In this document: positions 16,659 through 24,694 of the stretch, piece after piece
Layout: every line of letters begins with the position of its first letter
Numbering within the stretch: position 1 is the stretch's first letter
DNA from: an uncultured bacterium
Lineage (GTDB): Bacteria; Electryoneota; AABM5-125-24; Hatepunaeales; Hatepunaeaceae
DNA length: 24,694 bases
Direction of reading: 5' to 3'
Assembly: GCA_964497555.1 (NCBI GenBank)
Contig: CAZCEM010000001.1
Location: 1-24,694 of the forward strand
Translations under genes and position numbers: made by a program
The notes under the pieces: generated by a model
Database searches by the model: none
The model's input: the letters and a program-made list of their open reading frames with translations, nothing else
What the model was told of the DNA's origin: nothing

Positions 16659-17342
16659 TTGAAAATAGCGGTCATCTCCGACATACACGGCAATCTGGCG
16701 GCCCTCGAAGCGGTATACCGAGACATTGAACGCGCGGCTGTCGATAGGATTGTCTGTCTGGGAGACATCGTTGGCTACGGCGCGCGTCCCAATTCCTGCG
16801 TAAGATTTATAAAATCGCAAGGAATTTCCTGCGCGTTGGGCAACCATGATGAAGCCGTCTTCACTAAAAGGAGTGACCTTTTTTTTAATCCCGCCGCATT
16901 GGAGGCAATTATCTGGACCAGAAAGAAATTAAGCTCTGAGAATACTCAATTTCTGACAGATTTGCCGATATCCTTTGAACTACAGGATTGTCTATTCGTT
17001 CATGCTTCACCCTCCAATCCTGCTGCTTGGTCCTATATAACATCCAGTTTTGACGCCTCCGCCGAGTTCGACGCCTTTCCACAACCGATCTGTTTTGTGG
17101 GTCATACCCACGTTCCACACATTTTTAGAAGCAGTTCTTCCCCTCGAAAGATGATAGTCAATGTCGGCTCGGTGGGGCAGCCGCGGGATAGAGACCCACG
17201 AGCTTGTTGGATTTTATACGATTCGTCAACCGTCAGGATCGAGTTGCGTCGAGTGGAGTATCCCGTTCACATCACCGCGGACGAGATTCTTACCGCCGGC
17301 CTGCCGCCTATACTGGCTAAGCGGCTGTTCCAAGGTTTTTAA
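16659..17342 (+). CDS. Calcineurin-like metallophosphoesterase (YfcE/MJ0912-like)
   Basis: Motifs ISDIHGN, GDIVGYG, GNHD, VHASP, GHTH and NVGSVGQPRD. Confidence 0.9.
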   Translation: MKIAVISDIHGNLAALEAVYRDIERAAVDRIVCLGDIVGYGARPNSCVRFIKSQGISCALGNHDEAVFTKRSDLFFNPAALEAIIWTRKKLSSENTQFLTDLPISFELQDCLFVHASPSNPAAWSYITSSFDASAEFDAFPQPICFVGHTHVPHIFRSSSSPRKMIVNVGSVGQPRDRDPRACWILYDSSTVRIELRRVEYPVHITADEILTAGLPPILAKRLFQGF

Positions 17343-17453
17343 CCGAGTCGCATTCATACAGACATGTTTAGAGTTTATGCTTCAACATACACACGCAAAA
17401 GCGTGAACTCTAAATTCCCGCTGCGTCAATCCCTTACGATTATTGAAGTTTAG

Positions 17454-20420
17454 ATGTTGCAGTTCCTGAGCAAGATATTCGGATCCAAGCAAGACCGGCA
17501 ACTTAAGCCGCTAATGCCGTTGGTCGCGAAAATCAACGAGCAGTCGGAAATCTACCGAAGAGACCTTGCCGACGCTGATTTCCCGCTGAAAACGCAAGAA
17601 TTCCGGGAAAGAATCGCTAATGGTGAGGAGGTGGATGACTTGCTGCCTGAAGCCTTCGCGCTGGTGAAGGAGGCCTGTCGGCGGCTGCTGGGTCAGCGGT
17701 GGTCGGTAGTCGGCAACGAGACCGAATGGGACATGGTGCCGTATGATGTGCAGTTAATCGGTGCTATAGTTCTCCACACGGGCAAGATCGCGGAGATGGC
17801 AACCGGCGAAGGCAAGACGCTGGTCGCGATTATGCCGCTGTATCTGAACAGCCTCACCGGCAAGGGCTCACATCTGGTGACGGTCAACGACTATCTGGCT
17901 CAGCGCGACGCGGAGTGGATGGGCGGGGTGTTCGAGTTTCTTGGACTCACCGTCGGCGTTATTTTATCCGAGATGACCCCGTCTCAAAGGCGGGAAAATT
18001 ACGCCTGCGACGTTACCTACGGCACCAACAACGAATTCGGCTTCGACTACCTCCGCGACAACATGGCGACCAGCCCGGAGGACGTGGTTCAACGTGGGCA
18101 CTCCTACGCCATTGTCGATGAGGTGGATTCGGTGCTCATCGACGAGGCGCGAACGCCGCTGATAATCTCTGGCGCCGCCAGCAAGCGCGACCAACTTTAT
18201 GAAAAACTGAAGCCTTCAGTCGAGCAGCTTGTCAAAACTCAGCGGAATCGAATAAATACAGTGGTCGCCGAAGCTGAGCGCCTGTTCGAGGAGGACCCTG
18301 AAAAGAATGCTTATGAAATTGGCAGGAACGTTCTGAAAGGCTATCGAGGCACGCCCAAGAATAAAAAGCTGACCAAGCTGCTGGGTGAAACCGGCGTCAA
18401 GACCTGGATGCAGCAGGTCGAGAACGACTACATGCGCGATAAAAAGCTGCATCTACTGGACGAAGAACTGCTCTTTGTAATCGATGAAAAACAGCACACT
18501 ATCGACCTGACTGAAGAGGGCCGCGACCTGCTGGCGCGGTACGAAGGCCTTAATGCGGATATGTTCCTGTTGCCAGACCTGGCGGATGAATCGCATCAGA
18601 TTGACTCACGAACCGACATCGACGACCCGCAGAAGCTCCAGCTTAAGGACCAGCTTCAGGTCACCTTTGCCGAGCGCAGTGAAAGAATCCATAACATCAG
18701 CCAGATTCTGCGCGCCTATTCGCTGTTCGAGAAGGACGTCGAATATGTGGTGCAAGACGGCAAGGTAATCATTGTAGATGAGTTCACCGGGCGGCTGATG
18801 CCTGGAAGGCGCTATTCGGACGGGCTGCATCAAGCGATAGAAGCCAAGGAAGGCGTCAAAGTCGAAGGTGAAACCCAGACCGTCGCAACCATCACGTTGC
18901 AGAACTACTTCCGACTCTACGACAAGCTCGCGGGCATGACCGGCACCGCTGAGACAGAGGAGGCCGAATTCTGGGACATCTACAAGCTGGAAGTAGTGGT
19001 TATCCCAACCAATGAGCCCATCAACAGACTCGACCATGACGACGTTATCTTCAAGACCAAGCGGGAGAAGTTCAATGCCATCATTGAGGAGATAAAATCG
19101 CTTCATGAGAGCAACCTGCCAGTTCTGGTGGGCACCGTCAGCGTGGAGGTGTCCGAGACTTTGTCGCGGATGCTGCGTCGGCAGAACATCTCTCACAATG
19201 TGCTGAATGCCAAGCACCACCAGCGAGAAGCGGAGATTGTCAAGTACGCGGGGCAGGGGGGAGCGGTGACCATCGCCACCAACATGGCCGGTCGAGGTAC
19301 CGACATCAAGCTGGGCAAAGGGGTGGTCCGTTGGAAAGGCAAGGCGGGCGACAAGTCCCAGGCTGAGGGCGGTTTGCAGATTATCGGCACTGAGCGGCAC
19401 GAATCGCGCCGCATCGACCGACAGCTTCGAGGCCGCGCCGGACGGCAGGGTGATCCTGGGGCTTCCATCTTTTATCTCTCGTTAGAAGATGACCTCATGC
19501 GGCTGTTCGGTTCAGAACGCATCGCCGGCATCATGGATAGGCTGGGCACCAAGGAAGGCGACGTCATCACCCATCCGCTCATCACCCGCTCCATCGAAAA
19601 GGCTCAAAAGCGCGTGGAGGCATACCATTACGGCATCCGCAAGCACCTGCTCGAGTATGACGACGTGATGAACCAACAACGCGAGGTCGTTTATAACCGA
19701 CGAAGGGATATTTTGTTTGACGATAATCCCGATAAGGTTGTAAAAAATATTATTGAAGATTATATTATTTGTTTGTTTGAATCGGAAGCGGATCCCCATC
19801 AAGCTCCCGATCTTTGGAATCAAGAAAACATCCGGCTCAAGCTCAGACGCAATCTTCAGATAGACACCCCGCCGCGCGAAGATTGGGAGCGCCTGTCGAA
19901 GATAGAGCAATGGCAGCAGTATTTGATTACAAAGGCTTGGGAGGCATTCGAGCGTCGTTGTCTGATTTACGGCGCGGAACGTTTTCATCCCTATGTTCGC
20001 TTTATTGCGCTGCGGGTGATAGACGAGAAATGGAAAGACCACCTGTACGACATGGACCAGTTGAAAGAGGGGGTAGGGCTGCGGGCTTATGGGCAGCGCG
20101 ATCCGCTTATCGAGTACAAACGCGAGGGCTTCGAGATGTTCAGTGCCATGCTGGACTCGACCAATGAAGAAACCCTGCGCATCGTGTTTAACACGGTTAT
20201 CCGCGATAATGCGGAACGAAGGTCAGCGCCTCAACGTTTAAGCTATGTGAAGTCTGAGGCGTCGGGTCCGCGTTCTGAGGATGTCGCCGAAGACTCGGAG
20301 CAGAAAGGCGCATCGCCAAGGCAGAAGCAGGAGCCGATTCACGTCGAAAAGACAGTAGGGCGAAATGACCCCTGCCCTTGCGGCAGCGGGAAAAAATACA
20401 AAAAATGCTGCGGTCAATAA
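17454..20420 (+). CDS. secA: Preprotein translocase ATPase SecA (long form with extra inserts and a SEC-C zinc motif)
   Basis: Motifs EMATGEGKT, VTVNDYLAQRD, DEVDSVLIDEARTPL, ATNMAGRGTDI, RRIDRQLRGRAGRQGDPG and GRNDPCPCGSGKKYKKCCG. Confidence 0.97.
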   Translation: MLQFLSKIFGSKQDRQLKPLMPLVAKINEQSEIYRRDLADADFPLKTQEFRERIANGEEVDDLLPEAFALVKEACRRLLGQRWSVVGNETEWDMVPYDVQLIGAIVLHTGKIAEMATGEGKTLVAIMPLYLNSLTGKGSHLVTVNDYLAQRDAEWMGGVFEFLGLTVGVILSEMTPSQRRENYACDVTYGTNNEFGFDYLRDNMATSPEDVVQRGHSYAIVDEVDSVLIDEARTPLIISGAASKRDQLYEKLKPSVEQLVKTQRNRINTVVAEAERLFEEDPEKNAYEIGRNVLKGYRGTPKNKKLTKLLGETGVKTWMQQVENDYMRDKKLHLLDEELLFVIDEKQHTIDLTEEGRDLLARYEGLNADMFLLPDLADESHQIDSRTDIDDPQKLQLKDQLQVTFAERSERIHNISQILRAYSLFEKDVEYVVQDGKVIIVDEFTGRLMPGRRYSDGLHQAIEAKEGVKVEGETQTVATITLQNYFRLYDKLAGMTGTAETEEAEFWDIYKLEVVVIPTNEPINRLDHDDVIFKTKREKFNAIIEEIKSLHESNLPVLVGTVSVEVSETLSRMLRRQNISHNVLNAKHHQREAEIVKYAGQGGAVTIATNMAGRGTDIKLGKGVVRWKGKAGDKSQAEGGLQIIGTERHESRRIDRQLRGRAGRQGDPGASIFYLSLEDDLMRLFGSERIAGIMDRLGTKEGDVITHPLITRSIEKAQKRVEAYHYGIRKHLLEYDDVMNQQREVVYNRRRDILFDDNPDKVVKNIIEDYIICLFESEADPHQAPDLWNQENIRLKLRRNLQIDTPPREDWERLSKIEQWQQYLITKAWEAFERRCLIYGAERFHPYVRFIALRVIDEKWKDHLYDMDQLKEGVGLRAYGQRDPLIEYKREGFEMFSAMLDSTNEETLRIVFNTVIRDNAERRSAPQRLSYVKSEASGPRSEDVAEDSEQKGASPRQKQEPIHVEKTVGRNDPCPCGSGKKYKKCCGQ

Positions 20421-20445
20421 GCCCGGTTTCACTGTAGAGGCTTTG

Positions 20446-20916
20446 ATGGAACGACATGTTGTCGAAATACTGGTCATCTTGCTGCGCCAATACCCCGAAG
20501 GGGGACTGAATCATGACGATTTCGAACCCTTAACAGAAGACCTTCTGGGACTGGGATACACGCAGCAAGAAATAGAGACCGCTCTGTTTTGGTTTTACAG
20601 CAAACTGGAGATCAGGCGAAACTCCTCTCTCTCGGAAGGCTTTGACACAGATTCTTTCCGGATACTCCACGAAGTGGAAAGGGCAGTCCTAACTCCGGAG
20701 GCTTACGGCTATCTGGTTGAGCTTCGCCAATTAGGAATATTATCCTTATCAGAGATGGATAAAATCATTGAAAAGGCCGTTCTGCTGGGCGGACGCAGAG
20801 TATCCGCGGACGACATCAAGGCCTTTGTCGCCAACACGATTATGGAGCAGGACGCTGGTTTTCCCCTGTTTGGTCGGGCTATTTACCTGAAAATGCCCAC
20901 CGACTTTGTTCAATAA
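20446..20916 (+). CDS. smg: Smg / DUF494 family protein
   Basis: Motifs LGYTQQEIETALFW, FRILHEVER and EAYGYLVELRQLGILS. ATG at 20446 follows AGAGG; the gene directly precedes topA. Confidence 0.8.
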   Translation: MERHVVEILVILLRQYPEGGLNHDDFEPLTEDLLGLGYTQQEIETALFWFYSKLEIRRNSSLSEGFDTDSFRILHEVERAVLTPEAYGYLVELRQLGILSLSEMDKIIEKAVLLGGRRVSADDIKAFVANTIMEQDAGFPLFGRAIYLKMPTDFVQ

Positions 20917-23272
20917 TCCAAGCGCGGAGACACTGTTGGCAGTATCCAAACAGACAATCGACGACGATGGAAGGCCGGAAGCCCTCCTTATCGTCGAAAG
21001 TCCCACCAAAGCCAAGACTTTAGGCAAATACCTCTCCTCATTCAAAGGTCCATTTCCAGCGGGAATCGTCGTATCTCCTAAGGGATTGCAGTTCAAGATC
21101 AAAGCCAGCACCGGACACGTTATTGACCTGCCGGCCAAGGAACTGGGCGTCGATATTGATGACAATTTCAGGCCGGATTACGTTCTTCTACCGGGCAAGG
21201 CGAAGATAGTCGCGGAACTTAAAAAAGCAGCTTCGACCGCGGCAGTGGTATTCATAGCGACCGACCCCGACCGCGAAGGTGAAGCCATCGCCTGGCATAT
21301 CAACAGCCTCTTCACGCCCGGGGTCCGGCGGTATGTCTTCCGGGTATCCTTCAACGAGATAACTAAGAAGGCGGTTCAGGAGGCATTAGCCTCCCCCGGC
21401 GCGATTGATCAGAAGAAGGTGGACGCCCAGCAAGCCCGCCGCATCCTCGACCGGCTGGTGGGTTATCAGGTCAGCCCCTTGTTGTGGAAGACGGTGGCGG
21501 GGGGATTATCAGCCGGACGGGTGCAGTCGGTGGCGCTGCGGCTTATTTGCGAGCGCCAGGCGGAAATCGACGCCTTCGTGTCGGAGGAGTATTGGACGAT
21601 TGACGGCGTTTTCCAAGCCGCCAAACTAGAGCCGTTGTCCGCGCGTCTGCACAAGCTGGACGGCGAAGCAGTTAAAATCCCCGATGAGGAGAACGCGCGG
21701 AGCATTGAAGACCGGCTGCGCGTGGCTTCCTACAGCGTCCTTGATATAGCCAAATCCCACAAGAAGCGCAATCCGCAAGCCCCTTACATCACCAGCACCC
21801 TCCAGCAGGACGCTTCCCGACGTTTGGGCTTCACCGTGAAGCGCTCGACAGCGATCGCTCAGAAGCTCTATGAGGGCGTCGAACTCGGCGCAAAGGGATT
21901 AGTGGGACTGATTACCTATATGCGCACCGACTCAACCCGCATCGCTGACGAAGCCCACAGTGCGGTGCGTGGATTGATAACCGAGCAATTTGGGGTGGAA
22001 TATCTTGAACCTTCGGTGCGGATTTATAAGAATAAAAAAGCCTCGGTGCAGGACGCCCATGAAGCCATCCGCCCCACCGACGTAACCTTAACGCCGGATA
22101 TCGTGCGCCCCTTCCTGGATCCTGGCGATTATAAGCTATATGAGATGGTATGGCGGCGCTTTGTGGCAACCCAGATGAAGCCTGCGGAACTGGATGTAAC
22201 TACTGTAACAATTGGGGATCGAGCGGGAATTGAATTTCGCGCGGCCGGGCAGGTGATCACTTTCCCCGGTTTCCTGCGGGTGTTTGGCGACGTTAAAAGC
22301 GAGTCGGAGAACAGCGACAAGGAAGAGCAGGAGCAGAAGATACCGAAGGGATTGAAGTTGGGGATGGATTTAGAGTTGCTGGAACTCCGTTCCAAGCAGC
22401 ATTTCACGCAGCCGCCACCGCGCTTCACGGAAGCCAGTCTTGTCAAGGAATTGGACGAACTGGGCATCGGCCGTCCCAGCACCTATGCTACTATAATCAC
22501 TACGCTGTTTGACCGAAAATACGTCGAGCGGGAGGAAAAATCCCTGTACCCGACCGAGCTGGGCAAGACCGTCAATTTAATACTGGTAGATCGCTTCCCG
22601 GACTTGTTCAATGTCGCCTTTACCGCCAAGATGGAGGAGGAACTGGACCGCATCGAGACCGGCGCGGCGTGGGTGAAGGTGGTGCGAGATTTCTATGGTC
22701 CTTTTAGTGTATCCTTGAAAACCGCGATGAACCATTCCGCCCAGCTTAAGAAGGGACTGGCAATCCAGCCGGTCGGACGGGATTGTCCCGAATGCGGGAA
22801 AGCGCTGCTCTATCGCTGGGGACGCAACGGACGCTTCATCTCCTGTTCAGGCTATCCGACCTGCAAGTATTCGGAAAACATCAACGGCGGCAGCGCTGCG
22901 GAACCAGTGAAGGTTGATATGAAATGTCCCCAGTGCGGAAAAGACATGTTGCTGCGGGAGGGACGTTTCGGAAGGTTCTATGGCTGCAGCGATTATCCCA
23001 AGTGCAAAGGAATAAAGCCGTTCACATCAGGCAAACGGTGCCCCGTCAAAGGCTGCGAAGGTGAGTTGTCGGAGCGAAAAAGCAAGAAGGGGGGAGTGTT
23101 CTTCGGTTGCAGCCAATATCCTCAATGCAAGTTCTTATCCTGGGATGCGCCGGAAGGCGGTCCTTGCCCGAACTGCGGAGCACCGACAGTATTCGAGAAG
23201 GTTACAAAAGCAAAAGGCAGTTACAGATATTGCAGTCAGTGTGACTGGCGGGAAAAAGATAAAGAACAATAG
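20906..23272 (+). CDS. topA: DNA topoisomerase I with C-terminal zinc ribbons
   Basis: Motifs LIVESPTKAKT, ATDPDREGEAIAWH, SAGRVQS, ITYMRTDS (catalytic Tyr), AHEAIRPT and GIGRPSTYA, plus four Cys4 clusters. The exact start is uncertain. Confidence 0.95.
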   Translation: MFNNPSAETLLAVSKQTIDDDGRPEALLIVESPTKAKTLGKYLSSFKGPFPAGIVVSPKGLQFKIKASTGHVIDLPAKELGVDIDDNFRPDYVLLPGKAKIVAELKKAASTAAVVFIATDPDREGEAIAWHINSLFTPGVRRYVFRVSFNEITKKAVQEALASPGAIDQKKVDAQQARRILDRLVGYQVSPLLWKTVAGGLSAGRVQSVALRLICERQAEIDAFVSEEYWTIDGVFQAAKLEPLSARLHKLDGEAVKIPDEENARSIEDRLRVASYSVLDIAKSHKKRNPQAPYITSTLQQDASRRLGFTVKRSTAIAQKLYEGVELGAKGLVGLITYMRTDSTRIADEAHSAVRGLITEQFGVEYLEPSVRIYKNKKASVQDAHEAIRPTDVTLTPDIVRPFLDPGDYKLYEMVWRRFVATQMKPAELDVTTVTIGDRAGIEFRAAGQVITFPGFLRVFGDVKSESENSDKEEQEQKIPKGLKLGMDLELLELRSKQHFTQPPPRFTEASLVKELDELGIGRPSTYATIITTLFDRKYVEREEKSLYPTELGKTVNLILVDRFPDLFNVAFTAKMEEELDRIETGAAWVKVVRDFYGPFSVSLKTAMNHSAQLKKGLAIQPVGRDCPECGKALLYRWGRNGRFISCSGYPTCKYSENINGGSAAEPVKVDMKCPQCGKDMLLREGRFGRFYGCSDYPKCKGIKPFTSGKRCPVKGCEGELSERKSKKGGVFFGCSQYPQCKFLSWDAPEGGPCPNCGAPTVFEKVTKAKGSYRYCSQCDWREKDKEQ

Positions 23273-24161
23273 TCCCTTCCTGGACAGGTTTTACGAGGAG
23301 TTGGAAAAGGCTCGCAGGTGCAGTCCGCATACCCTTCGAGCCTACCGACAGAATCTGTCCGCTTTCAGCGACCATCTAACGTCTCGGGGCAAGAGCCTGG
23401 AGACAGCAGATTATCGCGACATGCGGGATTTTATTTACTCTCTGCATCGACAGGGCAATTCACCCCGCACCGTGGCCCGCAAATTAGCGGCGATTAAAAG
23501 CCTGTACCGTTTTCTGCAGCGAATCGGCATTGTACCAACCAATCCAGCCGACCTCATCACGCCTCCCCGCGAAAAGCGGAAACTCCCCGACCTGGTGCCA
23601 CTGAGCACTATCAGCAAGGCTCTGGATGATTCCAATCCCGACAGCCCTTTTGAGTTACGCGATTGCGCAATGCTGGAGCTGTTCTTCGGCACGGGCATCC
23701 GCCTGTCGGAACTGGCGGGATTGACTCTGGGAACAGTGCGGGAAACCTTCATCCGGGTTCGGGGTAAAGGTGACAAAACCCGCGAAATTCCCCTCACCAA
23801 ACACGCCGCGGAAGCCTTAAAGAAATACATTAAATATAGGTCTTATTTCCTTAAAGAAAAAAAAGATAACGGCTATATTTTTCTCAGTAGGAGCGGACGA
23901 CCGCTGACCACGCGGGACATTGCCCGGCGTGTGAAATTATGTTTGAACCGAACCGACGCCTCCTCCCCCGACCATCCGCACGCCCTGCGACACAGCTACG
24001 CCACCGAAATGCTGGCAGGGGGAGCGGACATCCGCGTAATCAAGGAGCTGCTGGGACACAGCAGTTTAAACACCACCCAACAATACGTCCACGTGGGGAT
24101 AGAACGCCTGCGGGACATCGTCAAGCAGGCTCACCCCCACGCAGAAAAAGAACTGGAGTAA
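23241..24161 (+). CDS. xerC: Chromosomal tyrosine recombinase XerC (start uncertain)
   Basis: Motifs SPHTLRAY, TVARKLAAIKSLY, TGIRLSEL (R), GKGDKTR (K), HPHALRHSYAT (HxxR) and LLGHSSLNTTQQY (H, Y). Lies downstream of topA. The nearest in-frame canonical start is GTG at 23241. Confidence 0.85.
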   Translation: MTGGKKIKNNSPFLDRFYEELEKARRCSPHTLRAYRQNLSAFSDHLTSRGKSLETADYRDMRDFIYSLHRQGNSPRTVARKLAAIKSLYRFLQRIGIVPTNPADLITPPREKRKLPDLVPLSTISKALDDSNPDSPFELRDCAMLELFFGTGIRLSELAGLTLGTVRETFIRVRGKGDKTREIPLTKHAAEALKKYIKYRSYFLKEKKDNGYIFLSRSGRPLTTRDIARRVKLCLNRTDASSPDHPHALRHSYATEMLAGGADIRVIKELLGHSSLNTTQQYVHVGIERLRDIVKQAHPHAEKELE

Positions 24162-24164
24162 GCC

Positions 24165-24455
24165 ATGAACGTCTCATTCTCCGCCCGGCATTTTGAAGCA
24201 ACCGACAAACTGCGCAGTTTCGCGGTCAAAGAACTCGCACGCGTTAAGAGGTTTGCTGAGGAAAAAGCCTCCGGTGAGATAATCCTCGAAGAAAACGGCA
24301 ATCTTAAAATGGTCGAATTGAGAGTCAGCGCCTTTGGAAGAAATCTACGTGCCAAAGCCGATGGGCCGGACTTTTTTAAAACGATACCCAAGGCGGTTGA
24401 CAAGCTCGAAGCGCAACTTAAATCCACCAAATCCAAGCTCATCACTCGCGTATAG
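24165..24455 (+). CDS. hpf: Ribosome hibernation promoting factor, short form
   Basis: Motifs SFSARHFEATDKLR and IPKAVDKLEAQLK; 96 aa with no long-HPF C-terminal domain. Confidence 0.85.
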   Translation: MNVSFSARHFEATDKLRSFAVKELARVKRFAEEKASGEIILEENGNLKMVELRVSAFGRNLRAKADGPDFFKTIPKAVDKLEAQLKSTKSKLITRV

Positions 24456-24581
24456 GCACCTGCCCATGATGTTCTTAATGGTGCCTCAGCTCTAAAGAAG
24501 ACAGAAACGAAGACTTCGACAGCAGCGTTACATTAAAATAGATGTGTTTTGAGTTCAGGTTTCAGCGTGTTCATCAAGAAC

Positions 24582-24694
24582 GCGCAGGTCGGGCGTCTCG
24601 CCCGACCTTTCCCCCCTGCTTGCAGGGGGGAAATACAAAGGGGGTATTTTCATCTTCCGTGGTGGGGAAGCTACCATGACAATTCCCGCGAAGG
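24582..24694 (-). repeat. Second, inverted copy of the composite palindromic mosaic (truncated by the window end)
   Basis: The reverse complement aligns to 12741-12853 with 13 substitutions and a 2-nt gap by manual alignment. Confidence 0.88.

Noticed and set aside
18606-19400. 264-aa antisense ORF (and 19512-20042)
   Set aside because: Shadow of highly conserved secA with no recognisable motifs.
20365-20445. Extended N-terminus of smg; likewise the track starts at 5037, 7446, 11361 and 23061
   Set aside because: These overlap upstream genes, and downstream starts fit the RBS position or the family N-terminus better.
23241-24161. Tyrosine recombinase as the integrase of a mobile element
   Set aside because: Motifs and the topA-adjacent housekeeping context fit chromosomal XerC, and no att sites or cargo were seen.
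24456-24536. 26 open in-frame codons after the hpf TAG (possible read-through extension)
   Set aside because: This length is common by chance, the peptide does not resemble the long-HPF C-terminal domain, and there is no recoding signal.

Overview
Bacterial chromosomal window with every credible gene on the + strand. The long SecA with extra inserts suggests an FCB-related lineage (inference). Bases 1-16.1 kb form an acyl-CoA/HMG-CoA supercluster. It opens with an archaeal-type HMG-CoA synthase (5'-truncated), thiolase and DUF35 triad. Next is a leucine/isovalerate module: methylcrotonyl-CoA carboxylase beta, methylglutaconyl-CoA hydratase, a split biotin carboxylase plus BCCP, and an acyl-CoA dehydrogenase. 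No HMG-CoA lyase is present in the window. The cluster also holds two low-GC orphan ORFs, an orphan GlcF-like Fe-S/CCG protein, an MBL-fold hydrolase, atoB-hbd-acyl-CoA dehydrogenase and ilvE. Bases 16.1-24.5 kb are housekeeping: nusB, a metallophosphoesterase, secA, smg, topA, xerC and hpf. Intergenic regions carry several palindromic REP-like modules, including a ~110-nt four-hairpin mosaic present twice in opposite orientation. The leading hypothesis is a lyase-less HMG-CoA junction linking leucine catabolism to an archaeal-type HMG-CoA synthase complex whose DUF35 scaffold has lost all four zinc-ligand cysteines. No CRISPR, rRNA, tRNA or transposase was seen. All assignments come from motif recognition by eye; no database searches were run.
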